Shown piece after piece: positions 1 through 10,123 of a DNA stretch of 64,000 bases (within the stretch, counting starts at the first letter, position 1; each line of letters begins with the position of its first letter). The position numbers and the translations under genes are program-made. The notes under the pieces were generated by a model. That model saw nothing but the letters and a program-made list of their open reading frames with translations. It searched no databases and was not told the DNA's origin. The stretch lies in assembly GCA_000004985.1 (NCBI GenBank), contig GG738862.1. The stretch is one strand, 5' to 3'. This DNA is from Naegleria gruberi (taxonomy: Eukaryota).

Positions 1-1236
1 ATTCAAGTCAGCCTCATTCAATAACATCAAGAAAGACTCGGGAATAATCAACTCTTCACAATTAGGATAACAAACTAACATTCTAGACAAGAAAAATCTC
101 AAATTTTTCTTTTCTTCTTTCTCATCGAAAACAACTAACTTCACAATAATGATTTTCTTAACTTTTTGAGATGGTAGATTTGAGAATAGCATAGGAAAGG
201 GGTGTTTAACACAGAGAGTGGGTATTTCCATTGACTGTACTGGGAAGATGTTCATCTCACAATATTCAAGATTTGGAGCAATTACAGAAAGGTTAAACAA
301 CGGACACATTAGTGAGAGTCTGGTCAACTTTGGCCCAATTAGAGAAACTAGCCTTTTATCACTAATGCCAACTGAATCATTAAAATCCAATTCATCAACA
401 TTGGAGGAATTTAAATTCAAATGTTTGGAAAGAGAAATTATTGGGTTCTCAATTTCTTTGTTCATTAATGATTCTAATTGCAGTGTATTTTCACTATTCT
501 TTTTACAATATTTGTAAATGGTTATCCAATCAATGTTAAACGACAGCTTTTTCAAATATGGTGAAATGTTGAAAGTTCTTGTGGATGGTAATTCAGTTTC
601 AGGATCTTGGAATTTAAAGTTTGTAAACTTTAAGTGTTGGATCTTGCTTGTAGTAGCATTCATCAACTCAATCAATTGTCTTTTTGTAGTTGAAATGTGA
701 TTCAAATGAACATAGCTGAACTTTTCAATGAACGAAGAGAATTGTGGAGGATATCGAGAGAACCCCAAGACTAGTTCAATATTGTTCATGATTGGAACAT
801 TTTGAACACATTCACTCAAAAACTCCATGTGTAATTGATTGTTACAATACCAAACTCTTCTTTGTGTTAAAATAGGAAGACAATTTTCAACATTAACCAA
901 ATCAGGAAAATTGACCAAGTATCTCATCAAATGATCAAGTAATTCCTCATCACTAATAAACTTCATAATCTCCATCACAATATCACTACATCCCAATGTA
1001 CAATCCAACAAACTAGTTGGTATCAAAGAATATCTACCACCTCCTGGACATCTTCCCATTCCATTACCACTAGCAATGCCAGTTGCCATGACATCGTGGA
1101 GACGTTGCTGTCTTGCTACATCTGCATCCAAACTTGGACAATCTGGTGATGCAATTGCTGGTTTTCTTGCCCATAAAGATGGACTTGAGGATTGTAATTC
1201 CATCACGGTTGAAGTTGATAATACTGCTGCTAACAT
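1..1236 (-). CDS. hypothetical protein with leucine-rich-repeat-like segments (5' end at ~1236; 3' end beyond window start)
   Basis: Hand translation of the minus strand gives an uninterrupted frame from ATG (reverse complement of ~1234-1236) to position 1: MLAAVLSTSTVMELQSS...KLSFNIDW...LNLNSSNVDELDFNDS...LNEADLN. It is absent from the ORF track because no stop lies inside the window. The + ORFs 218-517 and 518-700 are its antisense. Codon usage matches neighbouring genes. Confidence 0.5.
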   Translation of the reverse strand, partial: MLAAVLSTSTVMELQSSSPSLWARKPAIASPDCPSLDADVARQQRLHDVMATGIASGNGMGRCPGGGRYSLIPTSLLDCTLGCSDIVMEIMKFISDEELLDHLMRYLVNFPDLVNVENCLPILTQRRVWYCNNQLHMEFLSECVQNVPIMNNIELVLGFSRYPPQFSSFIEKFSYVHLNHISTTKRQLIELMNATTSKIQHLKFTNFKFQDPETELPSTRTFNISPYLKKLSFNIDWITIYKYCKKNSENTLQLESLMNKEIENPIISLSKHLNLNSSNVDELDFNDSVGISDKRLVSLIGPKLTRLSLMCPLFNLSVIAPNLEYCEMNIFPVQSMEIPTLCVKHPFPMLFSNLPSQKVKKIIIVKLVVFDEKEEKKNLRFFLSRMLVCYPNCEELIIPESFLMLLNEADLN

Positions 1237-1571
1237 GTTTCTTGTTGTTTTTTTTGCTTGTTTACTATTGCATTGTGCTATCTATTTATATTAATACCTT
1301 TCACGTTTGTTTGGTGAAGATTTTTTGATCGTGGGGCAAGAAACTTTGCTTTGGAATTCACAATAAGAAGCTTCAGTAGAATGGTGTTGGTATTGTAGTT
1401 GTTTTCTCAGTGTCTTTCATCAATACTTGCAATAGTAGATTCACATATTCATGCTGATGGTATTGTAAATTCTTAAATTAGCCTAAACAAATCTTTGCAT
1501 TGTAACACATTTAATCCCTTTAAGAGTTGGAATCTAAATTTAACAACAATGTTCGGGACAAAAAAAACAAC

Positions 1572-2561
1572 ATGTTGGCAAACACACCTCTCAATTTTCT
1601 CTATAACATCCTTGAAACACTAAGAAATGAATGTGAAGCTGATTCCGATCCCCTATTTAAATTGGATCCAAATTTTCAACAATTAGATACTTGTATTAGA
1701 AATGGAGATCTTTCACAAATTGCAAACTTACTTTCCACAACAGATTCCATTAAATTTATTCAACCATCAAGAGAAGGTCTGAATGAAGCAACTCCTTGTG
1801 TAAACTATCCATTAGAATTGGCTGTCAAATTAGGAAATATTGAATGTATTGAATTTTTATTACAAAATGGAGCCAAGCAAGATTCTGATACAGCATGTTG
1901 GGGTTTATGGAATGATTGTCATCATAGTCGTGCCTTTATACTTGCCTGTCTTTTGAAAAATCCAACCATTGTCAAAACTTTAATGAAATTTGGCATAAAT
2001 GGTGGATGGAATAATCAATTACACAGTCGATACTACAGTTACACATACAATCATTTATTAGTTTCAATACTGAATCAAGATCTTGAAATTACCAGAATTA
2101 TTCTATCTCACAAACCAGACCTGGTCAACCAATCATGTTGTCATTTGACTACAAGAACTTATCCAGATGAAGATGTGAATCCATTGGCTGTTGCGTGTAC
2201 TGTTGGTAATGTGAACATGGTAAAAATGTTAGTTGAGGACTTTTCTGCAAAGATGAATGATGGCCAAGTCAGTCGTTATTACATTTGTCCAAAACCTTTG
2301 GTGTGTGCTGCTAAATATGGACATTTAAATGTTGTGAGATACTTATTAAGGAAAGGTGTTATTACAAGCGATTTGGAAGATGGATTGGAAGATGGAGAGG
2401 AAGAAAAATTGATTAATTTACAAATTGTGGCATTGGTGAGGGAACAAGAAGGGTTATTGCAAAGAACTGCTGAAAATTTTGTTGGTCAATTGAAAAAATC
2501 TCAAGATCATCGATCATATTGTGATATTGCCATTGTTTCTTATTCTAAGCTATTGCATTAA
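1572..2561 (+). CDS. ankyrin-repeat protein
   Basis: The track ORF starts at 1527 with TTG; the first ATG is at 1572 (MLANTPLNF). Ankyrin-type repeats are present: PLELAVKLGNIECIEFLLQNGAKQD, NPLAVACTVGNVNMVKMLVEDFSAKMN, KPLVCAAKYGHLNVVRYLLRKG. Stop is at 2559-2561. Confidence 0.6.
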   Translation: MLANTPLNFLYNILETLRNECEADSDPLFKLDPNFQQLDTCIRNGDLSQIANLLSTTDSIKFIQPSREGLNEATPCVNYPLELAVKLGNIECIEFLLQNGAKQDSDTACWGLWNDCHHSRAFILACLLKNPTIVKTLMKFGINGGWNNQLHSRYYSYTYNHLLVSILNQDLEITRIILSHKPDLVNQSCCHLTTRTYPDEDVNPLAVACTVGNVNMVKMLVEDFSAKMNDGQVSRYYICPKPLVCAAKYGHLNVVRYLLRKGVITSDLEDGLEDGEEEKLINLQIVALVREQEGLLQRTAENFVGQLKKSQDHRSYCDIAIVSYSKLLH

Positions 2562-2699
2562 ATTTAAGGACTTCTATTAGATGCACATAGGTGTTGAAGG
2601 ACTTGAATATACACAAAATGAAACAATTAATCTTGATTTAATTTAATTCTACTATTAATAAATCAAGAAACCTTGAATATCTAAATTCAAGTACAGACC

Positions 2700-3614
2700 T
2701 TAATAATTCTTAATATCTACACAAGTTGGTCTCTTATTTGGGTCTCTTGACAACATGGCAATAACAAATTCACAAAGTTGTGTTGAATATTGTCTGGAAA
2801 GTAAATGTTCACTCACTCTTTTGAGTACACTCTCCTCGGCTTCATACATGAGCTTGTCAGTGACTGAGAAATCGAAACCACTTGCTGACATACTTTGTAC
2901 AAGTGTTACTCCAAGAGAAAATATATCAACACTATAATCGTACTTTCTTGAAAATACCTCAGGAGCCATATAAAGCAGCGTTCCAACCACACTATTGCTT
3001 GTTTCTCCAAGATCTTTAGCCTCTCCATAATCTCCAATGACAATATTGATTTCCTCCTTTTCAATATCAAAGGATTCAATGAAAATATTCTTTGGTTTGA
3101 TATCTCTGTGAATTATTAGCTTTTCATTGTGGAGATAATCTAAACCATCACCCAATTGTTTCATCATTTTGATAATGACACTTTCTGGTAATGCATTTTC
3201 TTGCTTCTTCAATAATGTTTCCAAATCACCATTGTAAAATTTCATTACAATGCAAATAGAATTGAGTAGTTCAGACTCAAAAAATTCATAAACCTGTACC
3301 AATCTTGGATGTTTGTAAGAAACAGTCTTGGAGCACTCATCAATAATCTTTGAGTGTTTGTTCTCCTCAATACTAATAGTTTTAATGGCCACTGGTTGGT
3401 TTTGTTTTTTCACATCAACACAAAGATAACATTTTCCAAAAGAACCTTTTCCAATCACTTCCTGTATCTGATAACGATCTTTAAGTAAGGAAAATGTGCT
3501 TGCGGAATTGGTTGGATTGAGTGATTTTGATGAAGAGGAAACAATGGAAGACACTTTGCTAGTGCTAAGGAAAGAATCGGTCGGATAATCTGAAGTTGGT
3601 GAGTTTTCAAACAT
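2700..3614 (-). CDS. Ser/Thr protein kinase domain protein, in frame with and directly abutting the upstream NHL/EGF transmembrane ORF
   Basis: Genuine ATG at the reverse complement of 3612-3614. Complete kinase subdomains are present: GKGSFGKCY (Gly loop), VAIK, HRDIKPKN, DYG (DFG variant), GTLLYMAPE, DIFSLG, DPNKRPT. A Ser-rich ~45 aa segment precedes the kinase. TAA stop at 2700-2702. The start codon is immediately preceded by the TGA of the upstream ORF (TGAATG), in the same frame. Confidence 0.75.
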   Translation of the reverse strand: MFENSPTSDYPTDSFLSTSKVSSIVSSSSKSLNPTNSASTFSLLKDRYQIQEVIGKGSFGKCYLCVDVKKQNQPVAIKTISIEENKHSKIIDECSKTVSYKHPRLVQVYEFFESELLNSICIVMKFYNGDLETLLKKQENALPESVIIKMMKQLGDGLDYLHNEKLIIHRDIKPKNIFIESFDIEKEEINIVIGDYGEAKDLGETSNSVVGTLLYMAPEVFSRKYDYSVDIFSLGVTLVQSMSASGFDFSVTDKLMYEAEESVLKRVSEHLLSRQYSTQLCEFVIAMLSRDPNKRPTCVDIKNY

Positions 3615-6600
3615 TCAAGATGATTTGATAGGTTCTATCAATGGATTCACAGATTTCATAGTCATGGCACTATTCGCATTCTCATCAATCAACTCAAAAT
3701 CATTCTTTACACTTTCGTCTAGTTTCTTACCAGGTGGTTTCTTCACAAACTTTCTAGAAACAACAATAGCAATCACTATTATTACAATAACTACAATAAT
3801 CAATAAAACTACAACCACCACCACAACCGAGACCACAATAGCCACAGTAGTATTGCTCTGACCCTCTCCACCTGTTACAACTTTTGAAATGGTAGCACAA
3901 TCAACACCCTCCCAGCCACTTAAACAGGAACATGTTCCATTGAAAGTGCAATTTCCATTACCATTACAATTCTGTAAAGATTCACAGGATGCTAAAGAAC
4001 ATTGAGAATTTCCCTTCCATCCCTTGTCACATGTACAAATATTACTTCCAGAACAAGTACCATGAGAGGAACAATTATTGACACCTTCACATGTGAATAT
4101 GGAACAATCCAGTGAACCTTTCCATCCAGAATTACATTCACAGCTATTACTACTCTTGCAATTTCCATTTCCATTACAATTATTGTAAATTTCACAGGAG
4201 AATTGACTGCATTGAGAATTTCCCTTCCAACCCAAATCACAAGTGCAAGTATTATTACCAATACATAACCCATGAGAATTACAGTTATTGACACCTTCAC
4301 ATGTGAAAATGGAGCAATTCAAAGAACCCTTCCATCCTGAATTGCACTCACATGTATTATTCAGCTTACAATACCCATTTCCATGACAATTATTGAGAAT
4401 TTCACAGGAAGGTTCTGAGCACTGCATATTTTTCCATCCAGATTGACACAAACATGAATTATTTCCAATACAATCACCATGTGATGAGCAATTACTGACC
4501 CCTTCACATGAAAAAAGCGAACAGTTATTGGAGCCCATCCATCCTGAATCACATAGACATGTGTTATTGTTCACACACTTTCCCTTACCAGTGCAATTGT
4601 TATATAACTCACAAGAGAATTGAGTACATTGTAAATTTCCTCTCCAACCAGAATCACATTGACAAGTATTGTTTCCAACACATATTCCTTTACCATTACA
4701 CTCATTCAAGGCATCACATGAATATTTAGAACATGTGGAAGAACCTCTCCATCCTGAATTGCACTCACATTGATTATTGGTAGAGTTACATACTCCATTA
4801 TTGTAACAACTTCTACTAACATCGCACGGATCAGTTATTTTCCTAATCCTGTGATTGGAAGTATCTGCCAAATATATTGAACCATCCACAGGAGAAAGTG
4901 CCAGGCCTGTGACACCAAAGAATTTTGTACTTAAAGCTGGCAGGTTTTCTCCATTGTAACCATATGTACCTATTCCAGCAATTGTAATAATTGTTCCATT
5001 TGTCAAAATTTTTCTAACTCTATAATTGTACTTATCTGAGAATAAAATTTCACCATTCGAAAGTATATGAATTCCACTTGGTTCAGACAAATGTGCATTC
5101 ACTGCCAAGATGTTATCTCCATTGTAAGCTCTTGTTCCAGTTCCTGCAACTCGAATTACAGTACCATTTGTCAAGACTTTTCTAATGACGTGATTGGAAG
5201 AGTCAGCAATCAACAAATCTCCGTTTGGATAAACATCCAGTCCATTGGGAAAGAATAATTTAGTATTAACAGCCAAAACATCACCCGGATCGTAACCATA
5301 AATCCCAGTTCCCGCATAAGTTATCAATGTTCCATTACTTAAAATCTTTTTAACTCTATGACTCTTTGTCGAGAAATAAATCTCATTACCAAATAGTGCC
5401 AAAGCTTTTGGTTGTCCAATCCCAATATTTGTGGCCAAATCAACAAAAGTATCTTCTGTGTAAGAACCTGTTCCAGCAATTGTTACAATCGTTCCATTTG
5501 TAAGAACCTTTCTAATTCTATAATTTTCAGTATCTGCAATATATAATTCATTAGTAGAGGAAAGTAAAATACCACTTGGATTTTTGATATTTGCATTAAT
5601 AGCAAGAATGTAATCGCCATTATAACTTGGAGAATTTCGAAAATTTCCTCGTCCAACAACAGTTACAATTTGTCCATTGGATAGAATTTTTCTAATTCTT
5701 GAATTGCCAGTATCAGAAATATAGACCTCTCCACTATTCGAAACCACAACAGACTCTGGTGATTTCAGTTTGGCATTTACTGCTAAAATATTATCTCCAT
5801 TGTAACCACTATTTAAATCTAACATATTACCAGCAGTTGTTACAATGTAGCCATCTGGTTTAATCTTTCTCACTCTTCCATTACTATAAAATTCACTGCT
5901 TTCAGAAAAATACACGTCACCTGTCTCTGATACTGCAATTCCTCTTGTGTTTTGTAAAGTGGCAGTTGTTGCAAGTATGTTATCTTGAAAATTTGAATTA
6001 AAAATGTCCAAACTTCCACCAATAACAGTAGTTGTACCATTTTCAATGGAATATTGTAGAACTCTTCTATTCGATTCTGTGTAATAAACTGAACTATTCG
6101 AAACTGTAAGTGCAGTAATAGTATCAACAAGAGAATTATCTTTCTTAACGATTGAAACAATAGTTCCATTTGTAAAAACCTTTCTCACTAAAATATCACC
6201 TGACATTCCAATATATAACTCACCAGTACTTTGTGAAATTCCAATAACCATACTACTGGGCAACTGAGTAGAAAGTGCTGAAATATACTCAGCAGTCTGA
6301 GTTCCACCACCTGCATATCTAGTAATCTTTCCATCTGTTCCAATCTTTCTAATAATAGTTGAATCAGCGATGTATATTTCATCACCTACTCCTTCAATGT
6401 TTCGAATAGTTAAACTATAGGGAAAGTATAATTCTGCATAGATTGCTAGACCGCCATTACCTCCACTTCCTTGAATTCCTGTACCACATATTGTTGAAAT
6501 TATACCATTCACAATCTTTCTAATCCTGAGTGTATCTGTTGAGAGAATTTTAATATTATTCGAAAGCAATGACAAGTACTAACCTGCTATATAAATATGA

Positions 6601-6962
6601 CCAGTGGCTTGCGATACTGCTACTCCATATGGGGAATTTAACACAGCCAAAGTAGCCAATTGATTATCACCATTGAATCCACGTGAAGCCATCCAACCAG
6701 CAACTGAAACTATTGTTCCATTCGAAAGTATTTTTCTAATCATTGAATTTACACTATCAGTAATATACAATTCATTATTGTGAAAAGCTAGTTGCCTTGG
6801 ACCATAGAGCTCTGCTTGGGTTGCCAATTGATTATCACCATTGTAGCCGTAAGGAAGTGATCCAGCAATAGTTGTGATGGTTTGGCATTTGACTGGAGTA
6901 AAAACGTGAAGAAAGAGAGTGAAGAATAATATCAAAATGACGAAGAAAAAGTGCAATTTCAT
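3615..6962 (-). CDS. type I membrane protein: signal peptide, ~14 NHL repeats, ~13 EGF/tenascin-like Cys repeats, TM helix, short cytoplasmic tail (2 exons)
   Basis: Exon 1 is ~6584-6962 (MKLHFFFVILILFFTLFLHV signal peptide, then NHL repeats). A 48-nt GT-AG intron at ~6536-6583 (GTTAGT...CAACAG) joins ...IYIAG to DTLRIRK...; exon 2 is 3615-6535. NHL signature (N-x-R-I-R-K-I/V-L-x-N-G) recurs about 14 times. The EGF-like units have the form CxxxNCNGNGxCxxNNTCxCxSGWxGxxxC. Hydrophobic stretch VAIVVSVVVVVVVLLIIVVIVIIVIAIVVS, then a ~50 aa tail ending ...PIKSS-TGA. Track ORFs 3615-6575 and 6579-6962 are the two exons. Confidence 0.8.
3870..4840 (-). repeat. intragenic tandem array of ~96-nt (32-codon) EGF-like coding repeats
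   Basis: About 13 consecutive units encode Cys-rich ~32 aa EGF/tenascin-type repeats (…FSCEGVNNCSSHG.C.G.N.C.C..GWKG…), several nearly identical at nucleotide level. The overlapping short ORFs in other frames in the track are by-products of this array. Confidence 0.7.
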
Positions 6963-7259
6963 CTTGTTTTTTTATGAGAATTTGTCTGTTAAAAAGATTT
7001 GTGAGTGACAGGTTAAGATTAGTAAATTAGTAAGAGTGATGTGACAGGTAAAAGACACGCTTTCTAATTTAAGGTCCAATATGATTGTCCTCATTGCTGT
7101 TTTGGAACGAACTAGAACATTTGAATGTTTACAATGCAGCCAAGTGCAAAAATAGCAATATTCAACAACAAGCTACTCCAGAGTTTGGGATGATGAATCC
7201 ATCAATTAAAAAATTACTGCTGATTGAAAGTTTGGTTTGGTGAATAAAAAATTCAATGT

Positions 7260-7271
7260 AAAAAAAGTATC
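7260..7271 (-). terminator. oligo-T Pol III terminator following tRNA-Glu
   Basis: The minus strand reads TACTTTTTTT immediately 3' of the tRNA acceptor end. Confidence 0.45.
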
Positions 7272-7343
7272 CTCCCATGCCGGGAATTGAACCCGGACCT
7301 CCTGGGTGAAAGCCAGGTATCCTAGCCATTGGACTACACGGGA
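7272..7343 (-). tRNA. tRNA-Glu: tRNA-Glu (anticodon UUC)
   Basis: Minus-strand sequence TCCCGTGTAGTCCAATGGCTAGGATACCTGGCTTTCACCCAGGAGGTCCGGGTTCAATTCCCGGCATGGGAG. The 7-bp acceptor stem has one G-T pair. D-arm GTCC/GGAT. Anticodon stem CCTGG/CCAGG with loop CTTTCAC (anticodon TTC). T-arm CCGGG-TTCAATT-CCCGG (B box). No intron. It closely matches the canonical eukaryotic tRNA-Glu. Confidence 0.85.
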
Positions 7344-7397
7344 TTACAATATCAATGAAAATATTCCACAATCGAAAATAAAGCTGCCATTATCAAT

Positions 7398-8156
7398 TTA
7401 ATTAAATTGACTGTTTTGATATTCCACATATTCATTCTCAATCATTTCAACATCGTCCTCCGTAAATCTTTCTCTGTTTTGAGAAAAGACAATTTGGTAG
7501 TATGGCAGAAACCATTTCAATACAGAGCAAGCATAATTGATTTCTTCGTTGTGAGAACAATGAATTCCAATGACCTTATTGTTAAAAGTTTGGCTCTTAA
7601 TGAAATCTCTCACATTTTGAGGTTTTTGAAGAGGATCATTAACAGGCAATCTCATAACATCAGAAACAGTAATATTACAAGTTAATAAGGGTGATCCAGA
7701 GTTTGAGGAGCAGGTATTTACAAAATGGGGAATGATGAAATCTGATATTCTCTTGTCAGATAGCCATCCTAAACTCATAGAAAACTGAGTGTCAGGAATC
7801 AATCTCAGTATCTGTTCATATGGAACTCCAGTATCTTTACACTTTTCAATATCAGATTTCATGTATGGTGAAGGAATGGAAAGCCCAAATACAAAGCAAG
7901 AATAATTATCTGGAATGGTTTCTGAATTTTGCGGATTCACCTTTAATACCTGAGATGGGGATGGTATTAAATAGTTTGGAGAACCATACTCCATATAGTT
8001 TTCAAATGAGAGGATGGCCCAGTCTTCTGCAATCCCGCTTTCAGATATCTTTTCATAATCTCCCACTGCTTCAATTTGACATTCAAAACAATACTGTTGT
8101 GTTTTTTCGATATCCTTAGTTTGATTAAAGCTTCCATATACTTTTTTCAATGTCAT
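7398..8156 (-). CDS. hypothetical protein, possible trypsin-like (S1-fold) serine peptidase domain
   Basis: Genuine ATG at 8154-8156 and a 252 aa ORF. CSSNSGSPLL resembles the S1 active-site block CQGDSGGPL. The later VIGIHCSHN resembles the GIVSWG block, and DWAILSF a possible Asp block. No clear His block or signal peptide is visible, so an upstream exon may exist. Confidence 0.35.
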   Translation of the reverse strand: MTLKKVYGSFNQTKDIEKTQQYCFECQIEAVGDYEKISESGIAEDWAILSFENYMEYGSPNYLIPSPSQVLKVNPQNSETIPDNYSCFVFGLSIPSPYMKSDIEKCKDTGVPYEQILRLIPDTQFSMSLGWLSDKRISDFIIPHFVNTCSSNSGSPLLTCNITVSDVMRLPVNDPLQKPQNVRDFIKSQTFNNKVIGIHCSHNEEINYACSVLKWFLPYYQIVFSQNRERFTEDDVEMIENEYVEYQNSQFN

Positions 8157-10123
8157 TATTGTTTCAGATGAGGAATGATTCTTACAACAATGAGCACAAC
8201 TTATTAAATAATTCTTTTTTTCTGTTGAAAAAGGAGCTACAAGAAATCCTGTAGAGATGGTACTAAGTGACGGTGAAACGGGGGACGGATGAGACGGAGA
8301 ACACTCAGTTTCTTACTAAAGACGGGAGAAGAGCATCCGCTTAATACTGATGACGGTAAACCAAAATGGAAAATGCACAACCTTAGTAACACCGATAAAT
8401 TGAATGATACATTTATACAATTGAATTTTCCAATTATATTAAATAGATTCTCTTGTGTTGTTTGGCTTGAATTGTTGGAACGAAAACCAAGCAAGGTATT
8501 ACGAGAGTTTGGTTGATTTTTTGAAGCAAGGTTTGTTTGTTCAGTTAAGAATATGTGAAAAAATATTTCAACATCTAGTACGTGATGTACTTTGATGATT
8601 CTTCGAGTGGTTTCACATCCGTAAGCTGCCAAACTTTCACATCATCATCTCAACATCATCTAAATAGTAGTAATAGTAGTAATTTTTATTATTGGACTTT
8701 CATCATAAAATAGTAAATCAATTTTTGGATTATAATTTTTCAAGTTGGTAAACCATCATCGGAACACTCACCAACCGTCATCATAGATATATTTAATATA
8801 GTAGAATAGTATGGGTGATTTCTATGTCTTGGAAATATCTTTATTTGGGTGAAACTCAACATTTTACTAAAATCATCATCACTGTTGAATCCATTGGAAA
8901 GATTGGAAAACTATTAATATAGGATTGTTGGAAATGGTCAATAGTAGCATAGTAAATTTGAACGGTGGATTTTCATCAAGTTTTGATAGGGATAGGTACA
9001 TGTGAATTTTAAAAAGTACATGGACCATAACTCAACATGTACTTCACCAACTTGGAAACTTTCTTCTAGTACTATTGTTTAAATCACTAATAAACACCAT
9101 ATTTAATATCAGTTTTTCATTATTTTGTGTTTTGGCTTGGAGAGAGATTTCTAGCCAAACCTTTTATGATTCACTCCTTCAAGAGTGATTCAAAAATTAT
9201 CAAACTCATTGTGAACATTACACAATGATATTAAAATAATAAAATTCTTGTTTTTTCTTTTTATTTCATTTCTTTCACCTTAAATCGAACAATTAACCTT
9301 ATTTCCTTAAACATCATTAAGATCAAATTGCATTTCAAATATAACCAACTTTTTCAACATCTACACGTTATAGGGATCACATTCATATCAATTAATCCAT
9401 ATTTTTCATTTTCAGTAAAAAATCAAAATTTGAACTTTCCAAAGTTTACTATTTACCTGAATTGTTTGAGAAGGAAACTTCTCATAAAAAGAAGGGTAGT
9501 TTCTCAACAGTGTTTTAATCAACTAAGTCAAATTATTTCATGTCATTCTTAAATTTGAGACAGAAAGAGTGAAATCTTTGATTTTAGTGAATATTCCACA
9601 ACAGAGGTGTTGTGTTTGTGAATTTATTTCCATTTTAAATTTTTCCATTTTGGATTTATTATAGAATGATACATTAGTATTTCCCTTAATTCCATTCTTG
9701 CTCCGTCTCTTACTGCTGACTGTCCCGTTTGACAGCTTATTACATCTGACGGATCCCGTTAGACGGGATTTACCGTCACACCGTCAATTAGTATCTCCTC
9801 TAAGACAATTGTTATAATAATAGTTTTTTAAATATTTAGGAATTAGCAATCTACTGGCGTCCTTGCTGTGCTCAAGGAGAGAACGATCTTGTTTTAAAAT
9901 TAAAGTTTCATTTTGTTCTTTGTCTTTTTCCTCCTGAGGAGACGTTTCGTACTTAAGGTTGCGAAACTCTTCCAATGCTTGATATTCAAGCTCAGTGTAG
10001 ACTCTCATTTTTCTAAGGCAACAACAGGTATTTTCAGACTGTTTTGTGTTATTTGTGGAATTTTTTTAATATTAAAATTTATTTAAATGACAAAATTGGT
10101 AAACTCTTGAATTCAAAAATTAT

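Noticed and set aside
218-700. Plus-strand ORFs 218-517 and 518-700
   Set aside because: They are antisense to a continuous, codon-usage-consistent minus-strand ORF (1-1236). They have no start context and no domain.
3870-4840. Possible CRISPR-like regular repeats
   Set aside because: The periodicity comes from protein-coding EGF units in a eukaryotic gene. There are no spacer/repeat architecture and no cas genes, and the genome is eukaryotic.
3625-5258. Short ORFs on both strands inside the NHL/EGF gene (3625-3861+, 3992-4300-, 4361-4552-, 4508-4729+, 5067-5258+)
   Set aside because: They are alternative-frame artefacts of the repetitive Cys-codon-rich EGF array and NHL repeats. The main frame encodes a coherent 1099-aa protein.
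8237-10008. ORFs 8237-8632-, 8289-8516+, 9328-9552+ and 9784-10008- in the 2 kb intergenic region
   Set aside because: They are low-complexity, lack ATG-context support and have no domain signals. The region reads as AT-rich non-coding DNA with microsatellite-like TAGTAGTAA runs.
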